Assembly (NCBI GenBank): GCA_963710945.1
Contig: CAVQCH010000003.1
Span: forward strand, 193,032-257,031
Length of the DNA: 64,000 nt
Reading direction: 5' to 3'
From: an uncultured Acidobacteriota bacterium
GTDB lineage: Bacteria; Acidobacteriota; Thermoanaerobaculia; UBA5066; Gp7-AA6
The position numbers and the translations under genes are program-made. The notes under the pieces were generated by a model. It made no database searches. It saw nothing but the letters and a program-made list of their open reading frames with translations, and had not been told where the DNA came from. Below, one piece after another: positions 28,707-38,136 of this stretch (positions are counted from its first letter, which is position 1; every line of letters begins with the position of its first letter).

Positions 28707-29078
28707 ATGCGTGTCCTCGACGGCGAACAGGTCCTGATGCGCATCTTCATCGGCGAGTCGGACCGCTGGCAGCACCAGCCGCTCTGGATGGCCCTGCTGC
28801 AGCGCCTGCGCAAGGAGGGCTACGCCGGGGCGACGGTCTTCCGCGGCATCGGCGGCTTCGGCGCGCGCAGCGTCCTGCACACCACGCTGCTCGAGCGCCT
28901 CTCGCAGGACCTGCCGCTCGTCGTGGAGATCGTCGACACGCCCGAGCACTTCGAGCGCCTGCTGCCGGTCCTCGACGAGATGGTCTCGGAGGGGCTCGTG
29001 ACGATGGAAAAGGTGCGCGTCCTGAAATACTCGCCGGGCCGGCGTCCGCTCGATCCCGCCCCGACGTCCGGCGCCTAG
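28707..29078 (+). CDS. DUF190 (PII-like) protein commonly linked to crcB
   Basis: 123 aa. Family-like stretches are MRIFIGESDRW, GYAGATVFRGIGGFG and LPLVVEIVD. Confidence 0.8.
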   Translation: MRVLDGEQVLMRIFIGESDRWQHQPLWMALLQRLRKEGYAGATVFRGIGGFGARSVLHTTLLERLSQDLPLVVEIVDTPEHFERLLPVLDEMVSEGLVTMEKVRVLKYSPGRRPLDPAPTSGA

Positions 29079-29288
29079 CTGTCGGTTCTCAAGACGTCGT
29101 CCACTGCCAGAGGCGACGACGTCTCGCTTCCCCTCTCCCCCAACGGGGGGAGAGGGCGGGTGAGGGGGATCCGCGTATAACGCGGCTTCTGCTCCGCGCC
29201 CCGTCGTTAGCGCCCCTCACCCCAACCCTCTCCCGCCGGGAGAGGGGGTCTCCTCGAGCGTGAACAACTTTTGAGAACTGACAGCTAG
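29075..29288. repeat. MITE-like / BIME-like palindromic element (mobility unproven)
   Basis: It has 14-bp terminal inverted repeats, ctgtcggttctcaa (29079-29092) and ttgagaactgacag (29271-29284), matching 13/14, each flanked by CTAG. Internal hairpins lie at 29093-29123, 29130-29156, 29171-29185 and 29226-29246. gggtgagggg (29158-29167) pairs with cccctcaccc (29213-29222). Confidence 0.6.
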
Positions 29289-29770
29289 CGCTCCAGAGGC
29301 GTCTCGGGCTTCCGGGCGCGCCACACCAGGAGGCTCGCTCCGGCGAGGATCGCCATGTCCGCGAGATTGAAGACCCCGGTATGGAGCGATCCGAGCCGGA
29401 GCTGGGCGAAGTCCACGACCGTGCCGCCGCGCGTGACTCGGTCGATCCAGTTGCTCGACGCGCCGCCGAGAATCAGGGCGAGAGCCGCGGCCTTCCCCGC
29501 GGACATCGGCCGCCGCAGGAGATATGCCGCAAGCAGCGCGAGGCCGAGCCCGACGCCGAGGACGTACACGGCCCATCGAGCCCCGCCGGGCAGACCCGCG
29601 CCGAGGCTGAGAAACCCGCCCGCGTTCTCGACGCGCTCGAGGCGGACGATCCCGCCGAGCAGCTCGACGGCCGGCTTCCCGCCGAGCCACTGCGTCGCCA
29701 CGCGCTTGGCCGCCTGATCGCCGACCACACAGACGGCGAACACGAGGAGCGCCAGGGACCGGGGGCTCAT
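29285..29770 (-). CDS. lspA: Lipoprotein signal peptidase (signal peptidase II)
   Basis: 161 aa. Motifs present are VENAGGFLSLG, GGASSNWIDR and GVFNLAD. Confidence 0.88.
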   Translation of the reverse strand: MSPRSLALLVFAVCVVGDQAAKRVATQWLGGKPAVELLGGIVRLERVENAGGFLSLGAGLPGGARWAVYVLGVGLGLALLAAYLLRRPMSAGKAAALALILGGASSNWIDRVTRGGTVVDFAQLRLGSLHTGVFNLADMAILAGASLLVWRARKPETPLER

Positions 29771-29780
29771 CCCCGCCTCC

Positions 29781-30173
29781 TCATCCCGGAGAGGAAGGAA
29801 CCGCGGCGGCCGCGCCGGCCAGGGCTCCGGCCAGGGCGTAGCCGAGGGCGTGGGCGCTTCCTCCCCATGCGAAGAGGGCGCCGAGACCGAAGGCGAGATA
29901 CACGAGCGCGATCACCGCGAGGAGCGATCGCGAGGGCGCGAGGCCGCGCATCGCCCGGACCGCCTCGAAAAGGATCAGCAAGGCGAAGCCGACCATCGCG
30001 AGCGCGCCGAAATACAGGCCGAGCATGACGGCGCCGAGCAGGCTCGGCCGCACGCCGATCTCCACCATGTCTTCCCGGAGGTGCGGGACGTTGACCCCCG
30101 CGTGGACCGCCGCCGCGAAGCCCGCGAGGACGGCCGCGGCCATCAGCATCGTGGCGCGAATCGTCTGCCGCAT
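29781..30173 (-). CDS. Hypothetical 4-TM membrane protein
   Basis: 130-aa hydrophobic ORF packed tightly between the ChaN-like gene and lspA. Confidence 0.55.
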   Translation of the reverse strand: MRQTIRATMLMAAAVLAGFAAAVHAGVNVPHLREDMVEIGVRPSLLGAVMLGLYFGALAMVGFALLILFEAVRAMRGLAPSRSLLAVIALVYLAFGLGALFAWGGSAHALGYALAGALAGAAAAVPSSPG

Positions 30174-30188
30174 CGCTCGAGATCCCCG

Positions 30189-31409
30189 CTACTTCTTCGG
30201 CATTTCCCGGCGCAGCGCGACGCCCACGGGCACGACGGCGCCCTCGCGCCGGACGGTGAACGCCGCCGTGTCGCCCCAGCGCTTTCCGGCCATGAGACGC
30301 GCCAGGGTTTCCCTGCCCGGGATCGCGACCGCGTCCATCGTGAGGAGCACGTCGCCGACCCGGAAACCCGCGGCCGAAGCGGGCGTGTCCTTCTCGACGT
30401 CGAGGACCTCGAGGCGCTTGTCGTCGGCGCGGACGTGGGTGGCAAGCCCCAGGTCGGGATAGAGCGAGCCCACCTCCGGCGGAATGCCCCACACGAAGTT
30501 CGCGTAGGACGCCTGGACGCTCTTGATCGGGCCCTTCTTGTCGTCCTCGACGGCCGTCGGCATGACCGAGGCGATCCTTTCCTTGAACCAATGCCGCGCC
30601 TGCCGCTCGATGCCGAGGCCGTACTGCACGTGCCCCGAGCCGACGAGCACCACCATGACGGCCTTCGGGTCCGCGTCCTTCGCCAGAGTCGCGACGGCGT
30701 TCCAGCCCATCGTGGCGTCCCAGGTGCACTGGGCGTTCAACATGGCCTGCCACTGCGCCTCGCCGCCGCCCATGTGCAGGGTCTCCTCCTCGTCGAAGGA
30801 AGCCTTGAAGAGGCGCAGGTGGTCGGCGTTCTTCGTGTCGATCTCGGTCGGAATGTGCTGCGCTTCCTCCGGGGTCAGGCCATGGAAGCCCCTGGCGCGG
30901 ACGGCCGAGACGACCTCGCGGGGGGCGTTGATGGCGTACAGGCGCAGCCGGTTGTCCCGGGCGAAGAGAAAGATGTCGCGGTAGTACAGCCAGTTGTAGC
31001 CCCAGTTCTCGTACCAGCGCGAGCCCGTGAGAAACGCCTCTTCGGTGAGCTTGCCCTCGCTCCAGTCATCGAGCCAGCGCTGCTCGGTGTACGGGTACAT
31101 TTCCAGGCCGATCAGGACCCGGCGGCCCGCCCGGTGGAGCTCCTCGATGACGGACCGCTCGACCCGGTGCGAATCCATCTCGATGTGCCCCTCGCCGATC
31201 AGGACGAGGCGCGTCTCGGCCAGCCGGCCCGGAAGGTCCGCGGGCGCCAGCAGCGCGCCGGAAGCCGTGTCCGTGATGGCGTCCAGCACGAGCGGCGCCT
31301 CGCGGTCCTTGCGGGCCGGGTCGCCGATCGGCAATTTCCAGATGTCTTCCGCGAAGGCGGGGACCGCGATGGCCGCGAGGAGCGCGGCGAGCGCGGTCCG
31401 GCGGATCAT
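30189..31409 (-). CDS. ChaN/Tiki-superfamily (haem-binding uptake-like) protein with C-terminal PDZ domain
   Basis: The start MIRRTALAALLAAIAVPAFA has an ATGA overlap with the upstream gene. Family stretches are LVLIGEGHIEMDSH and VVLVGSGH. The PDZ-like tail is LEVLDVEKDTPASAAGFRVGDVLLTMDA. Confidence 0.75.
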   Translation of the reverse strand: MIRRTALAALLAAIAVPAFAEDIWKLPIGDPARKDREAPLVLDAITDTASGALLAPADLPGRLAETRLVLIGEGHIEMDSHRVERSVIEELHRAGRRVLIGLEMYPYTEQRWLDDWSEGKLTEEAFLTGSRWYENWGYNWLYYRDIFLFARDNRLRLYAINAPREVVSAVRARGFHGLTPEEAQHIPTEIDTKNADHLRLFKASFDEEETLHMGGGEAQWQAMLNAQCTWDATMGWNAVATLAKDADPKAVMVVLVGSGHVQYGLGIERQARHWFKERIASVMPTAVEDDKKGPIKSVQASYANFVWGIPPEVGSLYPDLGLATHVRADDKRLEVLDVEKDTPASAAGFRVGDVLLTMDAVAIPGRETLARLMAGKRWGDTAAFTVRREGAVVPVGVALRREMPKK

Positions 31410-33463
31410 CTCCACGGCGCGATCGAGACGACCTCGACCTGCCCCTCCGCGAGATTGAGGCGGTCCCCCGCGTGGGCGCCGAGCAGGCGCTGCGCGAACT
31501 CCGACTGGTACGAATAGATCCCGTCTTCCGGCTTCGAGTCCCACGGGCCCAGGATCGTGGCGTCGCGCTCGGCGCCGGTGGCGAGATCGCGCAGCCGCAC
31601 GCGCGTCCCGACGCGCACCTCCGAGGGGTCGATCTTCGTCGAGTCGAGCGCCCGCGAGCGCGACAGCTCGTCGGCGATCTGCGCGATCCGCGCCGAGAGG
31701 TACTCGTGCTTCTGGCGGGCGGCGTGGTACTCGAAGTTCTCGCGCAGGTCGCCGTGCTCCTTGGCCGTCTTCATCGCCACGGCGTTGGCCGGAAGCTCGA
31801 CCTGCTTCAGGTGGATGACTTCCTGGCGGCGGGCCTCGATCGCCTCGGCCGTCGCGTAGAGATACTCGCGCGCCGGCGCCCGCAGCTCGGGGAACTTCAT
31901 GAGCAGGGCCTCGCGCACGGTGGCGCGGCGGTGCTCCTCGAGCCCGGCCACGCGGTCGAGCGCGTGCAACATCTCGCGCGCCTCCTCCTCCGAGGAGGCC
32001 GCCCGCACGAGCGTCACGCCGAACCCGCCGGGGTCGAAGAATTCCTTCATCCGCGCGCGCAGGCCCGAGAACTCGTCCATCCTCAGGGCGTCGGTGAGCG
32101 CGAAGAAGAGCCCCGGCGCGTCGGACCGGCCCTCCGCGCTCATGCGTTCGCAGAGCCAGAGGAAGGCGCGGGGCGCCGAACGCGGCGACCGGAGGATCTT
32201 ACGCGACAAGTCGGCCGCGCGGTCCCCGAGGGCGTCGAAGAGCGTCGTGAGAACGCGCCCGTCGTCCTCCCGCGCGATCTGGTCGATGAAGATTTCGGCC
32301 CAGTCCGGCCGGCTCTGGCGCACGGCCTGCAGCGCTTTCTCGCGCGCGACCTGGTCGCGGATCTCGCCGATGACGCGGCGCAGGTCCGGAGATGCGAGGA
32401 GGACCTCGGCCGAGAACGCCTCCGGCACCTCGGGAGCCAGCCTGGCCGCGGCCTGCGACAGCTCCCAGGCGAGCGCCGGTCGGCCGGCGGCGACGCGGCG
32501 CGCGTCCTCGGCCAGAGCCTCCGCGAAGAAGCGGGCGAGGTCCTTGGAGCGTTTCGCGTGCTTGCGCGCGAGGTCGATGCGCGCTGTCGGTTCGGCCCTG
32601 GTGAACGCCTGCCGGACGCTTTCCTCCGCCGCGTCGACGCTGTCGCTCCAGGTCACCTTGGCCGACTTGGCGCTGCCCGCGACGAGCACCTGCTTGTTCC
32701 GGCGCGCCGCCGTCCAGAACGACGTCCACCGATCCTCGGCGACGACGCCGGCGAAGTGGTCCTTGACCTCCTGCACCGTCAGCGATCGCCCGAAGCTCTG
32801 GAGCAGGAGCCGCAGGGCCTCGGCCGGCTCGGCTTCGGCGAGCGCGGCGAGCCCCCTGGGGTCCTCGACCTTGCGTCGCAGGAAGTGGCCCTCCGGAAGC
32901 GGCACCAGGTTCTTCTCCGCAGAGACGAGGGACAGAGGCATCTTCGATCCGCCGACCTCGAGTCGCATGACGTCGAGGGCCGGGTTCATCTCGACGAGCC
33001 GTCCGGCGCCGCGACCGGGCATGAGGTAGATCGCGTTGGGCTGGAACCGGAGCCAGCGGGCGATCCGGCCCGCGACCTCGGAGGGGTCGGCGGCCTTCTC
33101 GAGCGGGAACTGGGCGATGACGGCGGCCAGGGCCGGGTGCCCGGCGAACCGCGCCCGCAGCGTCGCGGTGAGGTCCTTGCGCACGGTCGCGTCGGTGGGC
33201 GACATCCGGGCGAGCTCGAGAAGCACCTTGGTGCGCACGTCGCCGGAGTCCCCGTCGTGGAGCTCGGCCAGGGACTTGAGCCACTCGACGGCGTGGCCGC
33301 CCCCGCCCTTCTTCTTGGCGGCGGCCGCGAGATCGAAGAAGAACGCGAGGTCCTCGGCGTTCTCCTCCATCCTCTTGTTCCACAGGGCGCCCAGGGCGTC
33401 GAACTTCTTCTGGTCGACGAGGTGCTGGACCTCGGGGGTCAGATTCGGGAATCCGGTCGGCAT
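31406..33463 (-). CDS. GreA/GreB-family transcript-cleavage-factor-like protein with ~520-aa N-terminal helical extension
   Basis: Intact 685 aa. The C-terminal ~160 aa carry ..AKEHGDLRENFEYHAARQKHEYLSARI.. plus an FKBP-like tail ..VRVGTRVRLRD..ILGPWDS... Confidence 0.75.
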   Translation of the reverse strand: MPTGFPNLTPEVQHLVDQKKFDALGALWNKRMEENAEDLAFFFDLAAAAKKKGGGGHAVEWLKSLAELHDGDSGDVRTKVLLELARMSPTDATVRKDLTATLRARFAGHPALAAVIAQFPLEKAADPSEVAGRIARWLRFQPNAIYLMPGRGAGRLVEMNPALDVMRLEVGGSKMPLSLVSAEKNLVPLPEGHFLRRKVEDPRGLAALAEAEPAEALRLLLQSFGRSLTVQEVKDHFAGVVAEDRWTSFWTAARRNKQVLVAGSAKSAKVTWSDSVDAAEESVRQAFTRAEPTARIDLARKHAKRSKDLARFFAEALAEDARRVAAGRPALAWELSQAAARLAPEVPEAFSAEVLLASPDLRRVIGEIRDQVAREKALQAVRQSRPDWAEIFIDQIAREDDGRVLTTLFDALGDRAADLSRKILRSPRSAPRAFLWLCERMSAEGRSDAPGLFFALTDALRMDEFSGLRARMKEFFDPGGFGVTLVRAASSEEEAREMLHALDRVAGLEEHRRATVREALLMKFPELRAPAREYLYATAEAIEARRQEVIHLKQVELPANAVAMKTAKEHGDLRENFEYHAARQKHEYLSARIAQIADELSRSRALDSTKIDPSEVRVGTRVRLRDLATGAERDATILGPWDSKPEDGIYSYQSEFAQRLLGAHAGDRLNLAEGQVEVVSIAPWR

Positions 33464-33491
33464 GAACCGCCGATACTAGCCTACGACGGGC

Positions 33492-34598
33492 TCAAGCGCC
33501 GATATCGACGGCGGGATGGCGCAAAAACTCGGGCCGCGGCGCGATGCCGAGACCGGGCGCGGCCGGGGCGGCCATGCGCCCGTTGCGGCGCTGCGGCGCC
33601 CCCTCGGCGGTCGAGACCGTGACGTAGCTGTTGAAGTCCGTGGACGTGAAGAGGTGCTCCGGGGGCGTCGAGTGCGCCAGGTGAGCGATCGCCGCCGTCG
33701 CGACGTCGCCGCCCCAGGAGTCCTCGATCGTCATCCCCACCCCGAGCGACACGCAGAGGTCGCGGGCCTGCCGCGCCCGCGTCAGGCCGCCGAACTTGCC
33801 GATCTTGATGTTGACGACGTCCATGGCGAGGTCTCCGGCGGCCCGCAGCAGGATCCCGATGCCGTCGATCGTCTCGTCCAGGACGAAGGGATGGCTCGTC
33901 CGGCGGCGGATCGACAGGCATTCCTCGTAGGTCGCGCAGGGCTGTTCGATGTACACGTCCACGTCGTCGACGGCCCGGACGACGCGGGCGGCCTGGTGCG
34001 GCAGCCAGCCCGTGTTTGCGTCGGCGACGAGCGCGTCCGCGGGCTGCAGGACGGAGCGCACCGCGCGGATCCGGGCGACGTCCACGTCGGGATCGCCGCC
34101 GACTTTGAGCTGAAAGCGCCGGTAGCCCTCGGCGCGGTAGCCCGCGACCTTTTCGGCCATCTTCTCCGGGGACTCCTGCGAGATCGCGCGGTACAGGACG
34201 AAGTCGTCGCCGTAGCGGCCGCCGAGCAGCGCGGCCACGGGCAGCCCGGCCGCCTGTCCGAGAATGTCCCAGCACGCGATGTCGATTCCGGACTTCACGT
34301 AGGGGTGGCCCTTCAACACCGCGTCCATCCGGCGGTTCAGCCGTTCGAGCTCGCGCGGGTCCTCCCCGATCAGGTGCGGTCCGAGGACCGCGATCCCCGC
34401 CCGGACACCCTCCGCGTAGGCCGGCAGGTACGCCGGGCCGAGCGGGCAGACCTCGCCGTGGCCCACGAGCCCCGAGTCGGTCTCCACGCGCACGAGCGTC
34501 GAGTCGAACACGGCGACGGACTTTCCCCCGGACCATTGATAGCTGCCCTCGCGCAGCGGCAGCTCGACTCGGTAGGCCGCGATCCTTCGGATTTTCAT
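33492..34598 (-). CDS. Enolase-superfamily enzyme (mandelate racemase / muconate lactonizing family)
   Basis: The start is [15 protein letters not shown]. Family stretches are [28 protein letters not shown] and DETI. The upstream 55 codons of track ORF 33492-34763 look non-coding. Confidence 0.8.
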   Translation of the reverse strand: MKIRRIAAYRVELPLREGSYQWSGGKSVAVFDSTLVRVETDSGLVGHGEVCPLGPAYLPAYAEGVRAGIAVLGPHLIGEDPRELERLNRRMDAVLKGHPYVKSGIDIACWDILGQAAGLPVAALLGGRYGDDFVLYRAISQESPEKMAEKVAGYRAEGYRRFQLKVGGDPDVDVARIRAVRSVLQPADALVADANTGWLPHQAARVVRAVDDVDVYIEQPCATYEECLSIRRRTSHPFVLDETIDGIGILLRAAGDLAMDVVNIKIGKFGGLTRARQARDLCVSLGVGMTIEDSWGGDVATAAIAHLAHSTPPEHLFTSTDFNSYVTVSTAEGAPQRRNGRMAAPAAPGLGIAPRPEFLRHPAVDIGA

Positions 34599-34636
34599 GG
34601 CAGCAGACTTTACCCCGGAGATAGGATTCGCCTGCC

Positions 34637-35512
34637 GTGCCCGACGCCAAGACGCTTCTCTTCGTGGCCCTCGGCCTGATCTGCCTGGTTTTTCTCGTCG
34701 CCTGGGTCGGCTCGGTCCGGCGCGAGAAAGCCGACCCCCGCCCCGACACGATCCACCTCGCAATCGGCTTTCTGACGAACTTCTTCGACACGCTCGGGAT
34801 CGGATCGTTCGCCCCGACGACCTCGATGTTCAAGCTGAACCGCCTCGTCCCGGACGAGCGCATTCCCGGAACGCTCAACGTCGGCCACGCCCTGCCGACG
34901 ATCGCGCAGGCCTTCATCTTCATCGCGATCGTCGAGGTCGAGATGCCGACGCTCATCGGCCTCATCGGCGCCTCCATCGCCGGCGCCTGGCTCGGCGCGG
35001 GCGTCGTCGCGGGCTGGTCGCGGCGCGCCGTCCAGATCGGCATGGGGATCGCGTTGTTCGCGGCGGCCGTCTTCTTCGCGATGACGAACCTCGGCCTCTT
35101 TCCCTCGGGAGGCGAAACGCTCGGCCTGCGGTCGCCGCTGCTGTGGTTCGGCCTGGCCGGGAACTTCGCCCTCGGCGCCCTCATGACCCTGGGGATCGGG
35201 CTCTACGCCCCGTGCATGATCATGATCGCGCTGCTCGGCATGAACCCGCGAACGGCCTTTCCGATCATGATGGGCTCCTGCGCCTTCCTCATGCCGATCG
35301 GCAGCCTCCGGTTCATCGCGAGGGGCAGCTACAGCCTCAAGGCCGCGGTGGGCCTGGCGGTCGGCGGCATCCCCGCCGTGCTGGCCGCGGCCTTCTTCGT
35401 CAAGTCCCTTCCCCTCGTGGCGCTGCGGTGGCTCGTCACCGCCGTCGTCATCTACACGGCCGTGGCGATGCTGCGCTCGGCGCGCGCCGACAGGGGAACC
35501 CCGGCCGCCTAG
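34637..35512 (+). CDS. TauE/SafE-family anion exporter-like membrane protein
   Basis: 291 aa, polytopic, with a GTG start. Family-like stretches are [10 protein letters not shown] and [10 protein letters not shown]. Confidence 0.65.
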   Translation: MPDAKTLLFVALGLICLVFLVAWVGSVRREKADPRPDTIHLAIGFLTNFFDTLGIGSFAPTTSMFKLNRLVPDERIPGTLNVGHALPTIAQAFIFIAIVEVEMPTLIGLIGASIAGAWLGAGVVAGWSRRAVQIGMGIALFAAAVFFAMTNLGLFPSGGETLGLRSPLLWFGLAGNFALGALMTLGIGLYAPCMIMIALLGMNPRTAFPIMMGSCAFLMPIGSLRFIARGSYSLKAAVGLAVGGIPAVLAAAFFVKSLPLVALRWLVTAVVIYTAVAMLRSARADRGTPAA

Positions 35513-35620
35513 CGTCGGACCGGCTCCCGTCATATCCTTCGCGGCAGGAAGGGATGTCTCCGTCCGACTGCCCGGAAGCCTTCTTGGCGGGACGAGCCCT
35601 CGCGCTTCCGGGAGGATCGA

Positions 35621-36269
35621 ATGCGCTCTCGTCCCACGTGGATTGCCCTGTTGACGGCCGCCGCGCTCGCGGCCGTTCCCCTGGCCGCCTGCAAGAAATC
35701 CGGCGCGGCCGCCGACGCGAAGGTCACGCCGACGGCCGCGCCGGCCAACCCCGCGGCCGCGGCCGCCGCCGCCCAGGAGCTCTTCAAGGCCATGAAGCTG
35801 CAGGAAGGCCTGAAGGACACCGCCGGCCGCGATGATCGACTCCGAGGTCAGCCGCAACCGCGGTCTGGTGCCCTACCGCGACGTCATGCTCCAGTGGCTG
35901 GAGAAGTACATGACGTGGGAGGCCATGCTTCCCGAGCTCACGAAGATGTACACCGAGACTTTCAGCGAGGCGGAGCTCAAGCAGATGGCGACCTTCTACG
36001 GCTCGCCGGCCGGGCAGAAGTCCCTGCAGAAGCTTCCCGAGATGATGCAGAAGACCGCGATGGCGGGAGCGCAGCTCGGCCAGCCGCACTCCGACGAGCT
36101 CAAGGCGGCGATGGACGCCCGCACCGAGGAGCTGCGCAAGCAGCAGGGCGGCCCCGCCGCCGGCGGACCCGGCGGTCCGGCAGGACCGGGCGGTCCCGGC
36201 GCGTCGAGGGCGCCCGGCAAGGCGCCGTCTGCGCCGAAGAAGCCGCAGCCGCCGGCGCCGCAGCCGTAG
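35621..36269 (+). CDS. DUF2059-family lipoprotein; one 1-nt insertion
   Basis: The lipobox is AVPLAAC. The core reads MIDSEVSRNRGLVPYRDVMLQWLEKYMTWE..FSEAELKQMATFYGSPAGQK. The frame switches near 35828. Length is 649 nt = 3n+1. Confidence 0.7.
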
Positions 36270-36287
36270 CCGCGGCGCGGGTCGAAG

Positions 36288-37280
36288 CTACTTCGCGGCG
36301 CTCCGGTTCCGGGCGAGCGTGCGCAGCAGCGTGCCGGGCAGGGTTCCGCTGATCGAGACGCCTTCGCTGTCGTTCTCGATCCGGAACCCGCGCAGCACCG
36401 AGACGAGCTCGGGAGATTTCTCCGAGACGGCGAGCCGCCACATGGCGAGCAGGCCGCGCAGGGAATCCTCGAGCAGGCCGCGTTTCTCGGCGTCGGCGGT
36501 GAGGCCGGTAGCCGACACGTCGAGGCCGTCGCCGTGGACTTTCGCCTGGAGGGCGAGGAGCGTGACGGACTTCATCGCGCCGACGATGGCGCGCGAGGGC
36601 TCGTCCGCGGCGTCGGACCCTTCGTGCCCGTGGCCGGGGCGGGCGGGCATCCGGGTCAGGTCCACGAGGGCCCACGCCGAAGCATCCTGGTCCACGCGCG
36701 AGAGCTGCTTACCGAGCCCCTGGCCGGACATCAGGCCGCCGGTTCCGCCGGACTCCCGGCGCGCGAGCGCGGCGACCACCGCCGGCTCGCTGCCGGCGAT
36801 GAGCAGCGTGCGGTTGGCGAGCGCCACGGCGCCCGGCCGGTCTCCCCGCTCCCTGGCCAGCCGGTAGTACTCGCCCGAGGGGCCGGTCCGTTTCGTCGCG
36901 CCGCGCTCGACGAGCGCGCCCGCGATCCGCGCGAGGTCGAAGCGGCCCTCGAAGAACACGATGCCGTCCTCGGGGCCGTCCGCGCCGGGGCTCATGGCCA
37001 CGACGATCGTGTCGATGTCTTCGCGCGGCGCCAGGCCCGTTTCGCGGAGGAACCGGGCGGCATCTCCGTCGACGGACATGTTGTCCAACTGGGAAAAGAC
37101 CTGCGCGCCGAGGGGGCTCGTGCGCAGCTCGTTCCAGTGGAAGACGGCGACCGTCGCGGCGTCGGCCGGGACGAGGGCCAGCGGCTCCTCCGTGCGGCGC
37201 ACCGCCAGGGCGCTCGCCGCGGCGAGCAGGGCAAGACCGGCGGTCAGGAAGGCGCGCACGATGCGGCGGGATGCGTTCAT
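36288..37280 (-). CDS. Hypothetical secreted protein, last gene of an ABC-2 operon
   Basis: Intact 330 aa with a signal peptide. Its start lies 1 nt after the permease stop. I recognise no family. Confidence 0.6.
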   Translation of the reverse strand: MNASRRIVRAFLTAGLALLAAASALAVRRTEEPLALVPADAATVAVFHWNELRTSPLGAQVFSQLDNMSVDGDAARFLRETGLAPREDIDTIVVAMSPGADGPEDGIVFFEGRFDLARIAGALVERGATKRTGPSGEYYRLARERGDRPGAVALANRTLLIAGSEPAVVAALARRESGGTGGLMSGQGLGKQLSRVDQDASAWALVDLTRMPARPGHGHEGSDAADEPSRAIVGAMKSVTLLALQAKVHGDGLDVSATGLTADAEKRGLLEDSLRGLLAMWRLAVSEKSPELVSVLRGFRIENDSEGVSISGTLPGTLLRTLARNRSAAK

Positions 37281-37281
37281 G

Positions 37282-38136
37282 TCAGAAGTCCTTTCTGGAG
37301 AAGAGCCACGAGGCGAGAGCGAGGGACGCGACGGCGAACACCGCCGTGGAGCCGTAGATGGCGAAGTGATTGATGTCGGCCAGCCGCTGCGGGGCCTCCT
37401 TGCCGGCGACGAGCGCGACGGTTGCCTGGCCGAGCTCGGCCGTCTTCGGCAACGCCCAGTACAGGCCGTGCACGACCCGCGCGGACATCTCGGTCGAGAC
37501 CGCCGCCGCGATGCGGTTGTGCGCCGAGAGGATCGCCGCGAAGAAGAAGACGGCGTAGGTCGACATCAGCGAGACGCCCGTCGACGAGGTCACGACGCCC
37601 ACGAGGAAGGCGAACGCGAGCAGCGTCGCGATGGTGAAAAGGATGACCGCGCCCGACAGCAGGAAGCGCGGATGCAGCACGCGCGTCTTCCAGACGACGA
37701 TCAGCCACATGGACCCGATCAGGTAGGCGAGGTTCGCGGCGGCGAGAAGGAGCCCGCCCGCGTAGCGCGACAGCAGCAGCGGCACCCGCCCCACGGGCCG
37801 GGAGAGGTAGAGGTCGATCGTGCCCTTCTCCTGGAGGCGGGGCACCAGGTGGGCCGTCGCGAAGAGGGCGAGAAAGGTGCCGACGAGATAGAGGAATCCC
37901 GAGAAGCCGGACTCGAATCCGAGGACGATCTTGTCGATGTCGACCGACCGCTCCCCGATCTCGACGGACTGTCCGAAGAGCTTCGCGCCGGCGAGCGCGC
38001 CGTTGACGACGTCGAGGTTGACGGCGAGGGCGAAGACGAGGATGAAGAGCGAGGAAAGGGCGAAGTAGGCGATGAGCGTCCAGCGAGCCGCCGCCTCGCG
38101 AAAGACCTCCTGGACGCTCGCGGCAAAGGCCTTCAC
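37282..38136 (-). CDS. ABC-2-type transporter permease
   Basis: GTG start with a GTGA overlap with the ATPase gene. 284 aa and 6 TM segments. It is the C-terminal part of shadow-extended track ORF 37282-39504. Confidence 0.75.
   Translation of the reverse strand: MKAFAASVQEVFREAAARWTLIAYFALSSLFILVFALAVNLDVVNGALAGAKLFGQSVEIGERSVDIDKIVLGFESGFSGFLYLVGTFLALFATAHLVPRLQEKGTIDLYLSRPVGRVPLLLSRYAGGLLLAAANLAYLIGSMWLIVVWKTRVLHPRFLLSGAVILFTIATLLAFAFLVGVVTSSTGVSLMSTYAVFFFAAILSAHNRIAAAVSTEMSARVVHGLYWALPKTAELGQATVALVAGKEAPQRLADINHFAIYGSTAVFAVASLALASWLFSRKDF

Noticed and set aside
29130-29246. Short coding potential inside the palindromic element (PLSPNGGRG.. / ..PSPAGRG-like peptides)
   Set aside because: The sequence is explained by nested hairpins and inverted repeats. 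It has no start or RBS context and lies between two convergent stops.
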